A stretch of 64,000 nucleotides of DNA from Arcobacteraceae bacterium (GCA_963662945.1 OY759974.1:704001-768000); one strand, 5' to 3'; numbered from the stretch's first letter, positions 9,866 to 19,294 are shown. Notes: generated by a model not told the origin, from the sequence alone. Made by a program: numbers and translations.

Positions 9866-10207
9866 ATGCAAACAAAAGAGAAGTCATTGGATGAGTTTTA
9901 CAAACTGACTGATGCGGAGGACTATTTTGATTTTTTTGAGATAGACTATGATAAAAGCTTAGTAAATGTTAAAAGATTTCATATCTTAAAAGAGTATGGT
10001 GCTATGATAAAAACAGGTTTTTCTAACTTAAAAGGTGAAGATGCAAAACTTCTAGATTTTTTGAAATTTTCACTTTTAAAGGTTTATGGAGACTTTAAAA
10101 ATGGTTATGCACCAAGCGCTGCTGATGTATGGAATATGTTTAAAGATGGTAAATTAAGTGGGTGTGTGAGCTGTACACCAACACCAGGAAATAGTTGTGG
10201 CTGCTAA
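9866..10207 (+). CDS. nifW: Nitrogenase-stabilising protein NifW
   Basis: LTDAEDYFDFFEIDYD..VNVKRFHILK. Confidence 0.85.
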   Translation: MQTKEKSLDEFYKLTDAEDYFDFFEIDYDKSLVNVKRFHILKEYGAMIKTGFSNLKGEDAKLLDFLKFSLLKVYGDFKNGYAPSAADVWNMFKDGKLSGCVSCTPTPGNSCGC

Positions 10208-10592
10208 AGAGTTCTCAGTAGATGAGAATATCGTTTTACACGATAGTGTTACCGCAAGTAGATCTGGTCGAGATGAAGATGAACCAAAATTTAAAGAGGG
10301 TCAAAAAGTTGAACTTCTTGAAGATGTTGTAAATGATGGAACTTATCCACATGCAAAAATAGGAACATTGATGATGCCTAAAGGCTCAGTTGGGTATATC
10401 AAATCAATGGGAGAATTTTTACAAGTTATCCGTGTGTATGAGGTTCATTTTTTTGGAACAGATATGGAAGTTGAAATTATTGGCTGTCGAGAACATGAAC
10501 TAAAAGCTGTTGATGATGGATGTGATGATGAAACCACAGAGTCACCTTTATTTAAGGCTATGTTAGAAAAAAGAAAAAACAACAAATCTTAA
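10197..10592 (+). CDS. nifZ: Nitrogen fixation protein NifZ
   Basis: PKF..GQKV..VVNDGTYP..GSVGYI..G.FLQ..Y.VHF..IGCREHEL; GTG start with AGGA SD, overlaps nifW. Confidence 0.88.
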   Translation: MAAKEFSVDENIVLHDSVTASRSGRDEDEPKFKEGQKVELLEDVVNDGTYPHAKIGTLMMPKGSVGYIKSMGEFLQVIRVYEVHFFGTDMEVEIIGCREHELKAVDDGCDDETTESPLFKAMLEKRKNNKS

Positions 10593-10605
10593 AAGGAGAG
10601 AAGAT

Positions 10606-10950
10606 ATGGCAAAAGTTATTTTTATGCATTTTAAAGAAGAAACAGACGGTGTTTATGATGCAAAAATTGGTGAACCACTAGTTAGATTAGCAAAAGAAAA
10701 AGGTATACCTTTACCACTTGATTGTGAAGATGGTCAATGTGGAAGCTGTTTAGTTTCTGTTGAGAATTTAGCAGATGAAGAACCTACAAGTTACATGGAA
10801 GATATGGAACTTGAAAAATTAGTAGAGCTTGGTGCTATTACTCAAAAAGAAGCAAATACTTGCCAACAATTCACAGTTGCACCTAAAGTAAGACTTGCAT
10901 GTCAAACACTTGTAAAAGGTGACATTTTAGTAAAACCTTACAAGGGTTAA
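10606..10950 (+). CDS. [2Fe-2S] ferredoxin, FeSII (Shethna protein II)-like
   Basis: CEDGQCGSC..RLACQ with long helical insert. Confidence 0.75.
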   Translation: MAKVIFMHFKEETDGVYDAKIGEPLVRLAKEKGIPLPLDCEDGQCGSCLVSVENLADEEPTSYMEDMELEKLVELGAITQKEANTCQQFTVAPKVRLACQTLVKGDILVKPYKG

Positions 10951-10979
10951 CATTTAATTTAAAATAAAAGGAGAAAAAA

Positions 10980-11276
10980 ATGACAACAAGAGTAGAAATT
11001 ATAAATGACTTTTTAGCAATCAATGTTAAAGAAGGTAGTACAATACAAGATATCGTAGAGGCAAGTGGTTCAGCACTTCCATTTGGATGTAGAGATGGTG
11101 AATGTGGAACTTGTGTAGTTGAAGTTGAATCAGGTATGGAATTTTTATCACCAAAAACTGATAAAGAAGTAAAAGTTTTAAAAGAGATTTGTTCAGGAAC
11201 ATGTACTCCTCAGTCAAGACTTTCATGTCAAATGAAAATATCTAAACCAAACGGTGTAGTTAGATTAAAATACTAA
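10980..11276 (+). CDS. [2Fe-2S] ferredoxin
   Basis: PFGCRDGECGTC..RLSCQ. Confidence 0.88.
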   Translation: MTTRVEIINDFLAINVKEGSTIQDIVEASGSALPFGCRDGECGTCVVEVESGMEFLSPKTDKEVKVLKEICSGTCTPQSRLSCQMKISKPNGVVRLKY

Positions 11277-11295
11277 TTGTATAGTAAACATACAC

Positions 11296-11334
11296 TAAAT
11301 TGTACCAATGAACTCCCGTTTATGGTACAATTTA
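11296..11334. repeat. Perfect 12-bp inverted repeat overlapping the putative rpoN promoter
   Basis: TAAATTGTACCA (11296-11307) N15 TGGTACAATTTA (11323-11334). Confidence 0.8.
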
Positions 11335-11338
11335 ATTC

Positions 11339-12592
11339 ATGAATAACATACGATTAAATGTAAAACAAAAGCAATCATTACAACTTTCCCTTAGGACTTG
11401 GTTACCTTTACTTCAAGCTCCACTTCAAGAATTAGACACATTATTTAAAGAATACAGTTATGAAAATCCTTTTTTAGAGGTACGTTCTTCTTTTGAATCA
11501 AGCAGTTCAAATGGTGGTTCATCATACAGTGGCAACGGAGAAGATGATAAAAGAGGTTTTATTGAAAATATGAGCATTTATACTGAATCTATCTATGATA
11601 AAATAGATTCACAAATCTGTCCCCCACTATTTCCTACACCAAATTCACAAAAAGTAGCACAAGAGATTCTTTTTTATATTAATGATGAAGGATATTTTGA
11701 AGGAAATATAGAAAAAATAGCTCATAAATGCGGTGTTTACAAAGAATTTGTTGAAACTATTCGACAAAGATTTGCTTATATTGAGCCAATTGGTGTAGGT
11801 GCTTATGATTTAAAAGAATCATTTCTTTTTCAACTCAATGATTTAGATATTGATGAAGAATTATACAGTTTTATCAAAAAAATTATTGCAAATTTAAAAA
11901 ATATAGATAAATATTGTACACATCATAGATTTGAAGATGCAAAAGAGATTATCAAAAAACTAAAATCTCCACCTGCTGTTGAATATCTTGCGGATCAACC
12001 TTACATCATACCAGACTTTTTTGTAGAAGTTGATGATGATATTCGTATAAAAATAAACAATGATTACTATCCAGATATTATTGTAAGTGATCCTTTTAAA
12101 ACAAAAAATGATGAAATAAAGAAAAAGCTTAAAGAAGCAAGGGATTTAGTAAATCTTCTAGAACTTCGAAAATCTACACTCTATAAATTGATTTTAATCA
12201 TAGTTGAGAAACAAATTGCATTTTTTATAGGAAGTGAACTTAAACCCTTAACTATGTCAGAAGTAGCAAATGAATTAGGTTTTGAAGAATCAACAATTAG
12301 CCGTGCAGTGTCAAATAAATATATTAAATGTTCAAGAGGAACTTATCCTTTAAAATATTTTTTTACAAATGCTGTATCAAAAAACTTATCTTCTTCTGAA
12401 ATTAAAAATTATATTGCATCAGTTGTTGAAGCTGAAGATCATGAAGAACCTTTTACAGATCAAGATTTAGTTGAAATGGTACAAAAAAGATACAATGTAG
12501 AAATGGTAAGAAGAACCATCACAAAATATAGAAAACTTTTAGATATGCCCTCTTCTAAAGAGAGAAAAAAAATCTATAAAATGCAAGATTAA
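11339..12592 (+). CDS. rpoN: RNA polymerase sigma-54 factor
   Basis: Q/L-rich region I, LKPLTMSEVA..ESTISRAVSNKY HTH, RpoN box RRTITKYR. Confidence 0.95.
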   Translation: MNNIRLNVKQKQSLQLSLRTWLPLLQAPLQELDTLFKEYSYENPFLEVRSSFESSSSNGGSSYSGNGEDDKRGFIENMSIYTESIYDKIDSQICPPLFPTPNSQKVAQEILFYINDEGYFEGNIEKIAHKCGVYKEFVETIRQRFAYIEPIGVGAYDLKESFLFQLNDLDIDEELYSFIKKIIANLKNIDKYCTHHRFEDAKEIIKKLKSPPAVEYLADQPYIIPDFFVEVDDDIRIKINNDYYPDIIVSDPFKTKNDEIKKKLKEARDLVNLLELRKSTLYKLILIIVEKQIAFFIGSELKPLTMSEVANELGFEESTISRAVSNKYIKCSRGTYPLKYFFTNAVSKNLSSSEIKNYIASVVEAEDHEEPFTDQDLVEMVQKRYNVEMVRRTITKYRKLLDMPSSKERKKIYKMQD

Positions 12593-12616
12593 AATAAGAG
12601 ATTTTTAAATAAAATT

Positions 12617-12646
12617 AAAAAGATAGAGAAAATTCTCTACCTTTTT
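12617..12646. terminator. Bidirectional intrinsic terminator between convergent rpoN and EF-hand gene
   Basis: AAAAAGATAGAGA-AAT-TCTCTACCTTTTTT. Confidence 0.65.
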
Positions 12647-13588
12647 TTATGAAGCTAAATTAGAAAGGTATTTTCCTAATTTTTGTGCTGTGTCAGTATC
12701 TTGAATTTGTGTATTTACCATCGACATAATCTGTTTATATTTAGACATATCTAAATTATTATTTGTTGTATCAGATTCTGTCGATGTTTCTTCACTTTTT
12801 AGTGCATCAAGAAGTGTAGAAACTAATTTCATAGTATACTCTTGCATATCTTGTGTACTTGAAGATGATTGTGAAGCATCATATGCAGCTTGTTCTGCTG
12901 CTGAAACTACACCATCTTGATTTGTATCAGCAGCTTCATACTCCTCTTCCTCTTCAGAAGAACCACCTGCTCCCATCATTCCACCAGGAGGTGGACCAGA
13001 TGGTTTTTCCACACCTAATTGAGATAAAACTTCTCCCGCTTCATCTTTAGACATTTCACCACTTTCTACACTCTCAAAAAGTGTAGTTAATCCTTGTGCT
13101 AATTCTTCTTGTGTAATACTTCCATCTTCATCAGTATCTAAAGATGTAAATAATTCATCAGATATATCCAACTCAGATAGTGATAATAAGCCATCCGAAT
13201 CAGAATCTTTACTAGTAAAAATATCACTAGCCATCTGCTGGGCATTTGGTTGCCCATGGTTAGGTGGTGGAGGCGGTACTTCAAGACCTAAAGAAGATAA
13301 GAAAGTTCCAAATTCTTCTGGTGTTAATTCTTGATTTTTCATTGAGTCAAGTTTTGATGAAATACTTGATTCCAATTCATCTGAAGATAAACTACCATCA
13401 CCATTTGTATCTAACGATGAGAAATCCTCTTCAGAGATTCCTAATTCATCGATTGATAATAAACTATCACCATCGATATCACTTGTTTCCATAACTTTTG
13501 ATACCAAATCAGCCGCACTTGGTGGTTTTGGTTGAGTCATATTTGAAGCTTGCATAATACTACTATAACTACTTGTTGAAACATTCAT
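12647..13588 (-). CDS. Acidic multi-EF-hand Ca2+-binding protein with poly-Pro linkers
   Basis: Five DxDxDG-type loops (DIDGDSLLSIDE, DTNGDGSLSSDE, DSDSDGLLSLSE, DTDEDGSITQEE, DTNQDGVVSAAE). Confidence 0.85.
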   Translation of the reverse strand: MNVSTSSYSSIMQASNMTQPKPPSAADLVSKVMETSDIDGDSLLSIDELGISEEDFSSLDTNGDGSLSSDELESSISSKLDSMKNQELTPEEFGTFLSSLGLEVPPPPPNHGQPNAQQMASDIFTSKDSDSDGLLSLSELDISDELFTSLDTDEDGSITQEELAQGLTTLFESVESGEMSKDEAGEVLSQLGVEKPSGPPPGGMMGAGGSSEEEEEYEAADTNQDGVVSAAEQAAYDASQSSSSTQDMQEYTMKLVSTLLDALKSEETSTESDTTNNNLDMSKYKQIMSMVNTQIQDTDTAQKLGKYLSNLAS

Positions 13589-13618
13589 AACATATCCTTT
13601 TCAATGTTTATTTCACAA

Positions 13619-13651
13619 ATTGTATAATTTTAAAGTAAACAAAGGGTAACA
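13619..13651 (-). promoter_or_regulatory. -10 box plus OmpR-type direct repeat (EF-hand gene)
   Basis: Coding strand TGTTAC-N5-GTTTAC-N10-TACAAT; same geometry at 19257-19289 and 21236-21268. Confidence 0.55.
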
Positions 13652-13662
13652 ATTGTAATTAT

Positions 13663-14814
13663 TTATAACATTTTAAAATATATAACGAGTATCTCTTTTT
13701 GTATATTTAATTTATAGTTTTCTATATCAAGAATTCGAATATCCATCGAATTTTGTATAGTTTGTACATCATCTACTGTTTTATAACCAGCTTTATACTC
13801 TTCTTGATTCATTATAAGTAATTCATTGTATAATTTAATATCATCTACTGCTAATTTTATCCTCTCTTCATAATTAGAAATTGTCATAATAGCACTATCA
13901 TATACAAAACTATTTTCTATAATAGCTTCTCGCAATTCCTGCTTACTTATAAGATAATCTAGTTTTTTCTGTTCAATATTACTTGAAGAGGTATAACTCA
14001 GTGGTACTGTTACACTAAGTCCATAATTATAATAATCATCCCCCACATCTTTATTTGTATCGTTATAGCCATAAGTACCATTAAGACCAATTGTTGGATA
14101 ATAATCACTTTTTTTAATTTTATAAAGATTTTCATCTACACTTATGTTCACTTTTGCATAATTTATATTTGTAGAGTTTTTTAAAAATAACTCTTTAGAA
14201 ACTAATTTTATATTTGGAAGAGAAATATCTGTATATTCTCTATCTGTAAATTTTTTTATCTCATTTATATTGACTAATTTTGTTAATTCTAATTCCTTTT
14301 GATTATCACTCAATTGATTTTTTGTCATTATTGCATTATTTAAATCACTAATATCCAAATCCCCTGCTTTGTATTGTGACTTTTTATTTCTTATCTCTAT
14401 TTGGCTATTATTGATATTTAACATATTTTGTTTAATAGCAATATTGTTGAGTTTAATATTTATTAAAAATTCATATAAAGAATTTAGGTCATCTTTTTGT
14501 GTAATACTAAGATTTATTAGTTCAAGTTTTTGTAACTCATTGGCGTATTCTATCTGAGAACTAATTCCCCCAAATTTAAAAATATCCTGAGAAAATGTTG
14601 CAGAATAATCTTGTGTATCCAAATCATCTTGGTTAGTTGTATAACTTCCTTTTAAATTAATTTCTCCAATATAATCAAATTTATTGGAGATTGCTTTTTG
14701 TTCAATCTGTTTTTTCTCCAATTCAAGAATCTGCTTTTTTGTATCAGATAAGAGATTTATATCCTCTGCATTGATAAATGTTAAGATGAAAAATATATAA
14801 CTTAAAATTCTCAT
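13663..14814 (-). CDS. TolC-family outer membrane efflux protein
   Basis: Signal peptide, QDIFKFGG, YKAGDLDISDL, YYPTIGLNG..GLSVTVPL, YKAGYKT. Confidence 0.85.
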   Translation of the reverse strand: MRILSYIFFILTFINAEDINLLSDTKKQILELEKKQIEQKAISNKFDYIGEINLKGSYTTNQDDLDTQDYSATFSQDIFKFGGISSQIEYANELQKLELINLSITQKDDLNSLYEFLINIKLNNIAIKQNMLNINNSQIEIRNKKSQYKAGDLDISDLNNAIMTKNQLSDNQKELELTKLVNINEIKKFTDREYTDISLPNIKLVSKELFLKNSTNINYAKVNISVDENLYKIKKSDYYPTIGLNGTYGYNDTNKDVGDDYYNYGLSVTVPLSYTSSSNIEQKKLDYLISKQELREAIIENSFVYDSAIMTISNYEERIKLAVDDIKLYNELLIMNQEEYKAGYKTVDDVQTIQNSMDIRILDIENYKLNIQKEILVIYFKML

Positions 14815-15512
14815 TTTACAAATTCCACTTTTACCACTTCTCCAAAGTTTTGATTATGAAGCTTTAAAATAATTTTATGTGCAGATACAAAAGTGTCATC
14901 AAGTGTTACATCTATTTTATCAACTGTAGCAACCGCTTCTTGTCCATTTATCAATACTTTTTTAGTTGTTATACCTTCATAATCTTCACTGCTTAAATAC
15001 ACAACTATTTTGGATTGAGATATATCATAAGCAGTTGCTAGTTTTGCTCCTATTGAAACATAATCCGCTTTATTTACAGCAAACTCTTTTATATATAATG
15101 ACTTTACATTAATATTCTTTTTATCTATAGTATCTTGCAACTCTTCTATTGTTATTTTCAAATTATTGATTGTAATTTTTAAATCTATAACATCATAATA
15201 TTTTTCATCTTTTTCAGATTGACTTTTTCCCCTAATCCCTAAAAACTTTTGATAATTACTTTCTAAAATCTTTAATTTCTCATTATATAAACTAAGTTGA
15301 TTTTTATAAAGTTTTAAATGTTTTTGCTCCAAACTATCATCTAATTTTATTAAACTTCCATTGATAACTTGTGTTTCATCATCTTTATTAAGTTGTACTA
15401 TTTGTCCCGAAGTTTGTGAATAAATTGTAAACTCTTCATAGGGTTCAATTTTTGCCATATAACTTTGTGCATATACTATAAAAGGTATGAATAAAAATAA
15501 AATACTTTTCAT
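14811..15512 (-). CDS. Periplasmic adaptor (MFP/HlyD-like) subunit
   Basis: SQTSGQIV..LIKLDD, coiled coil, VNKADYVSIGAKL; between RND and TolC. Confidence 0.7.
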   Translation of the reverse strand: MKSILFLFIPFIVYAQSYMAKIEPYEEFTIYSQTSGQIVQLNKDDETQVINGSLIKLDDSLEQKHLKLYKNQLSLYNEKLKILESNYQKFLGIRGKSQSEKDEKYYDVIDLKITINNLKITIEELQDTIDKKNINVKSLYIKEFAVNKADYVSIGAKLATAYDISQSKIVVYLSSEDYEGITTKKVLINGQEAVATVDKIDVTLDDTFVSAHKIILKLHNQNFGEVVKVEFVK

Positions 15513-15515
15513 ATA

Positions 15516-16163
15516 CTATTTCCTTTTTTTAGATTTTTTAGTTGCTTTTTGTTTAGCTTGAAATGTTTTTTTATACGAACTTTCATTTAGATGCTCAATT
15601 AATTGGGCTGATAATTTATACATATTCATAATCAACTCTTTTTTATCACTTTTTTGTTCATTTTTTATTTTATCAAATCGATCAATCAAGTCTATATAAT
15701 CAACTTCATTTAAAAAAGGATATAAAATACTAGACTTTTCCTCTTCTAAAACCCATTGACTTAAAGTAGAAATTATAATAACTTCAGGCAACCATCTTTG
15801 ACCAATAGAAAGTTTTGATTCCATTACTTTTAATAAAGAATTATAGTACACAATAAGTGGTTCTTCTTTATCAAATAAAACTCTAAATGCCTTATTTGTA
15901 TTGTTTTTATTTGCAATTAAAGATTTTAAATATGTTACTGGAACTACACTTTTTTCTAATTCTTCTTTTATATTTTTTAGGTTTGTATAGATACATTTCG
16001 TATCTTCTATATTTTTACCTTGCAAATTTACACTATTTTCTTTTTGTATTTTTATAAATAATTGTTCAACTAAAGTTCTTACAAATACCAGTAATGCTTC
16101 TGTTTTTTGTTCTCTTAGAAGTATAGGCTTAATTCTATTTGGACATTTATGGTTTATTATCAT
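15516..16163 (-). CDS. Hypothetical soluble helical protein
   Basis: 215-aa ORF with GGAG SD, inside efflux operon. Confidence 0.6.
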   Translation of the reverse strand: MIINHKCPNRIKPILLREQKTEALLVFVRTLVEQLFIKIQKENSVNLQGKNIEDTKCIYTNLKNIKEELEKSVVPVTYLKSLIANKNNTNKAFRVLFDKEEPLIVYYNSLLKVMESKLSIGQRWLPEVIIISTLSQWVLEEEKSSILYPFLNEVDYIDLIDRFDKIKNEQKSDKKELIMNMYKLSAQLIEHLNESSYKKTFQAKQKATKKSKKRK

Positions 16164-16172
16164 TCATACTCC

Positions 16173-19100
16173 TTACTCTTTTATTCGAAATAATGTTGCA
16201 TATAAAGCTGGAACATACACTAGATTTAAAACTGTTCCCCAAGCTATACCAAATCCTAAAGATATAGCAATTGGTTGTAACATCACAGATTCACCTGTTG
16301 GAAAAAACATTAAAGTAAAAAGTCCCAACATTGTTGTAATAGAAGTAATTAAGATTGGTCTTACCCTTTGTTTTGCTCTTACAAAAAATTCACTTTTATT
16401 TTTAGTATCATGTAAAAAATCGAGCATAATAATTCCATCGTTAATAACAACTCCAGCTAACCCTAACATCCCTATCATTGATTGGGAATTTAGATTTATA
16501 CCAACTATAAAATGCCCTATTATTGGTCCTAAAATCGTAAAAGGTATTACAGATAATATAATAAATGCACTTTTAAATGAAGGAAAATTAATAAGTAAAG
16601 TAATAAATATTAAAAATATTGCAATTAAAAATGCTTTTATAAGATCTGTTGCCAACTGTTGGCTTTTCTCTTTTTCTCCTCCAAAATCCACCTCAACACC
16701 TTGGGATTGAATATTTTTAATAGTACCATCAAGTTTATTTAAAACTTCATTTGCATTTATGACATTATTATCTACATTTGCAAATACTTTTTTGTAAACT
16801 TTACCATCCTCTTTCTCGATTTTTTCAAAATTTCTCTCAATTTTAAAATCAACAACCTCTTTGAGCATTACATATTTATCATCAATTGGGATATAAAAAT
16901 TTTCCAGTTCACTCAAACTATTTTTATATGTTGATTGGGTAATGATTTTAATAATTCCATCTTCATTAAAAGTATTTGCTTGTTCCTTTTCCATAAATAA
17001 ACTACTTAAGGCATTTGCGATTTCACTATCTGTCAAACCTAAACTTTTTCCATAAGCATTAACCACATATTTATATTCACTTTGTCCTAACTGTGTATTA
17101 TCACTTATATCTTTAACACCATTAATAGTATTTAATTCTTTTTTTAATATCTCAATACTAGAGATTAATGTTTTTGTGTCATTTGCGCTTAATAAAATCT
17201 CAACATCTGTTTGAACTATTCCCATTCTTCTTGTTACAACATTAAACTCTTTTGCTTTGTCTTGTTTTGTTAAAGGAATAATAAGTTCTCTAATTTTATC
17301 CATTGCTACACTTGTTTTAATTGGTCGTATCTTATCTGCCCTTGTAAAATCAAAACTAAAATTCAAAATAGGATTTACATAATTTTCTAAAAAATTTTCT
17401 TCTCTAAAATCTTCTAATTCTAAAGCTAATGTAAAACCATATTCGATTGTTTCTTTTGAACTTGTAATATCACTATAACTTCCTACTGTCGTATTGATAT
17501 TTTTTATATAGAGCTCTTTTTTATTCTCTAAAAGTATTTGTTCATATTTTCTTACTATCTCATTTGTTTTTTCAATAGGAATTGACTCGTCTAGTTTTAC
17601 AGATATTGTCACATTATTCGAATCCATATCTGGAAAAAACTGAAATCTACTAGCACTTACAAGAAGAAAAGAAAGTATTGGTATTGTTATAAAAAATGTC
17701 ACCAAAAAAGTTCTTTTGTAATGAATCACTTTATGTAATAATGTTTCATAAAAATCATAAGCTTTTGTCCAATCAAGCTGTTTTTCATTTGCTTTTAAAA
17801 TATGTTTTGCATGTAATGGTAAAAATAAAAATGATTCAATAAGTGATGAAAGAATTAAACAAGAGATCACTATAGGAATAAGTTTCATCAACAATCCCAT
17901 CTCACCACTTATAAGTAACATAGGTAAAAAAGCAAATACAGTCGTCATAGCAGCTATAAGTACAGGTGCAATCATCTCTTGAGTCCCTTGGATAACCGCA
18001 TCTTGAATATTATTTCCATTGTCCAAATGGCGTTGAATATTCTCACTTACAATAATAGCATCATCAACAACAATACCCAAAGTTATTAACATAGCCATCA
18101 TTGAAATCATATTCAAACTATATCCCATCATCTCTATAAACATGAGTCCAATTATAAAAGAAAATGGAATCCCCATCACGATTACAAATGACAACCTTGG
18201 GCTTATTAAAATATACATAGAAAAACCAACTAGAATCAATCCCAATGTAATATTGGCAATAATTGTTTGAATCCTATCACTTATAGGGCCTGAACTATCT
18301 CTAGAAATTATGAGAGAAATACCTTGATGTTCTTTTTTATACTCTTCAAAAAGTTTTCGTACACTTTTTGCTATTTTAATACTATCTCCCTCATCATCTT
18401 TATAAATGCTAAGAGAGATTGTATTTTCTCCATTGAGTCTTGAAATTGTTTCATCAATAGGATAGTCAATAGTAATTGTAGTTATATCTTGAAGATATAC
18501 TTTTTTATCTCCAATTTTAAGAATAGAATTTTTCCAAAATTCTTTATTAAACTTATCATTATTGGCACTTAAATAAATATGATTTCCCACTTGTTCTATA
18601 CTAGCAACAGGATACATATAAGAGAGTTCCCCTATTGCACTCACAACTGTTGATGTATTTAAACCATACATATTTATTTTTTTATGATCAAGTTGTAAAT
18701 CTATCTCTAAATCAGAATCTCCAAAAATCTCTACTTCACTGATACTATCTATTTGCATCAATGATGATTTTAGCTTATCACTCAAAGTTAAAAGAGCTTT
18801 TTTATCAAGATTCATAGAGGTCATTGAAACTGTCATAAGTGACATTTTTCGTTCAACACTTGTCACTGTTGGTTCATTCATATCAGATGGAAAGTATTTT
18901 TTAGCACTACTTACGGCATCTTTTACTTCATTGATTTTATCAGTTTTATTCACTCCATCTTGAAGTTCTATACTAATAGAAAAACTACCAGAACTTATTG
19001 TAGAGGTGACAGATTCTAAGCCAGATATAGATTCTATTTGATTTTCTATCTCTGTTACTGCAAAGTTATTCAAACTATCTGCACTTGCTCCACTATAGCT

Positions 19101-19250
19101 ACCACTAACTCGAATTGTCTCAAGTTCTACAGATGGAAACATCTCTTTTGGAATTTTTATATATGCAAATATACCCATCACTATTATAAAAAGTAATAAG
19201 GTATAATTCAATCTTAAATTTTTTAAAAAGTATTCGATAATTTGATTCAT
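16173..19250 (-). CDS. RND family efflux permease (AcrB-like)
   Basis: 1025 aa, GIVVDDAIIVSENI, RVRPILITSITT, two large periplasmic loops. Confidence 0.93.
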   Translation of the reverse strand: MNQIIEYFLKNLRLNYTLLLFIIVMGIFAYIKIPKEMFPSVELETIRVSGSYSGASADSLNNFAVTEIENQIESISGLESVTSTISSGSFSISIELQDGVNKTDKINEVKDAVSSAKKYFPSDMNEPTVTSVERKMSLMTVSMTSMNLDKKALLTLSDKLKSSLMQIDSISEVEIFGDSDLEIDLQLDHKKINMYGLNTSTVVSAIGELSYMYPVASIEQVGNHIYLSANNDKFNKEFWKNSILKIGDKKVYLQDITTITIDYPIDETISRLNGENTISLSIYKDDEGDSIKIAKSVRKLFEEYKKEHQGISLIISRDSSGPISDRIQTIIANITLGLILVGFSMYILISPRLSFVIVMGIPFSFIIGLMFIEMMGYSLNMISMMAMLITLGIVVDDAIIVSENIQRHLDNGNNIQDAVIQGTQEMIAPVLIAAMTTVFAFLPMLLISGEMGLLMKLIPIVISCLILSSLIESFLFLPLHAKHILKANEKQLDWTKAYDFYETLLHKVIHYKRTFLVTFFITIPILSFLLVSASRFQFFPDMDSNNVTISVKLDESIPIEKTNEIVRKYEQILLENKKELYIKNINTTVGSYSDITSSKETIEYGFTLALELEDFREENFLENYVNPILNFSFDFTRADKIRPIKTSVAMDKIRELIIPLTKQDKAKEFNVVTRRMGIVQTDVEILLSANDTKTLISSIEILKKELNTINGVKDISDNTQLGQSEYKYVVNAYGKSLGLTDSEIANALSSLFMEKEQANTFNEDGIIKIITQSTYKNSLSELENFYIPIDDKYVMLKEVVDFKIERNFEKIEKEDGKVYKKVFANVDNNVINANEVLNKLDGTIKNIQSQGVEVDFGGEKEKSQQLATDLIKAFLIAIFLIFITLLINFPSFKSAFIILSVIPFTILGPIIGHFIVGINLNSQSMIGMLGLAGVVINDGIIMLDFLHDTKNKSEFFVRAKQRVRPILITSITTMLGLFTLMFFPTGESVMLQPIAISLGFGIAWGTVLNLVYVPALYATLFRIKE

Positions 19251-19256
19251 AGCTGT

Positions 19257-19289
19257 ATTATATCAATCTAGTATAAACGATTAATAACA
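19257..19289 (-). promoter_or_regulatory. Extended -10 plus direct repeat (RND operon)
   Basis: Coding strand TGTTAT-N5-GTTTAT-N10(ending TGa)-TATAAT, 6 nt before ATG. Confidence 0.55.
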
Positions 19290-19294
19290 CTTTA

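Noticed and set aside
11278-11294. NifA UAS upstream of rpoN (TGT..ACA)
   Set aside because: Spacing is N11 (or N7), not TGT-N10-ACA, and no sigma54 promoter follows
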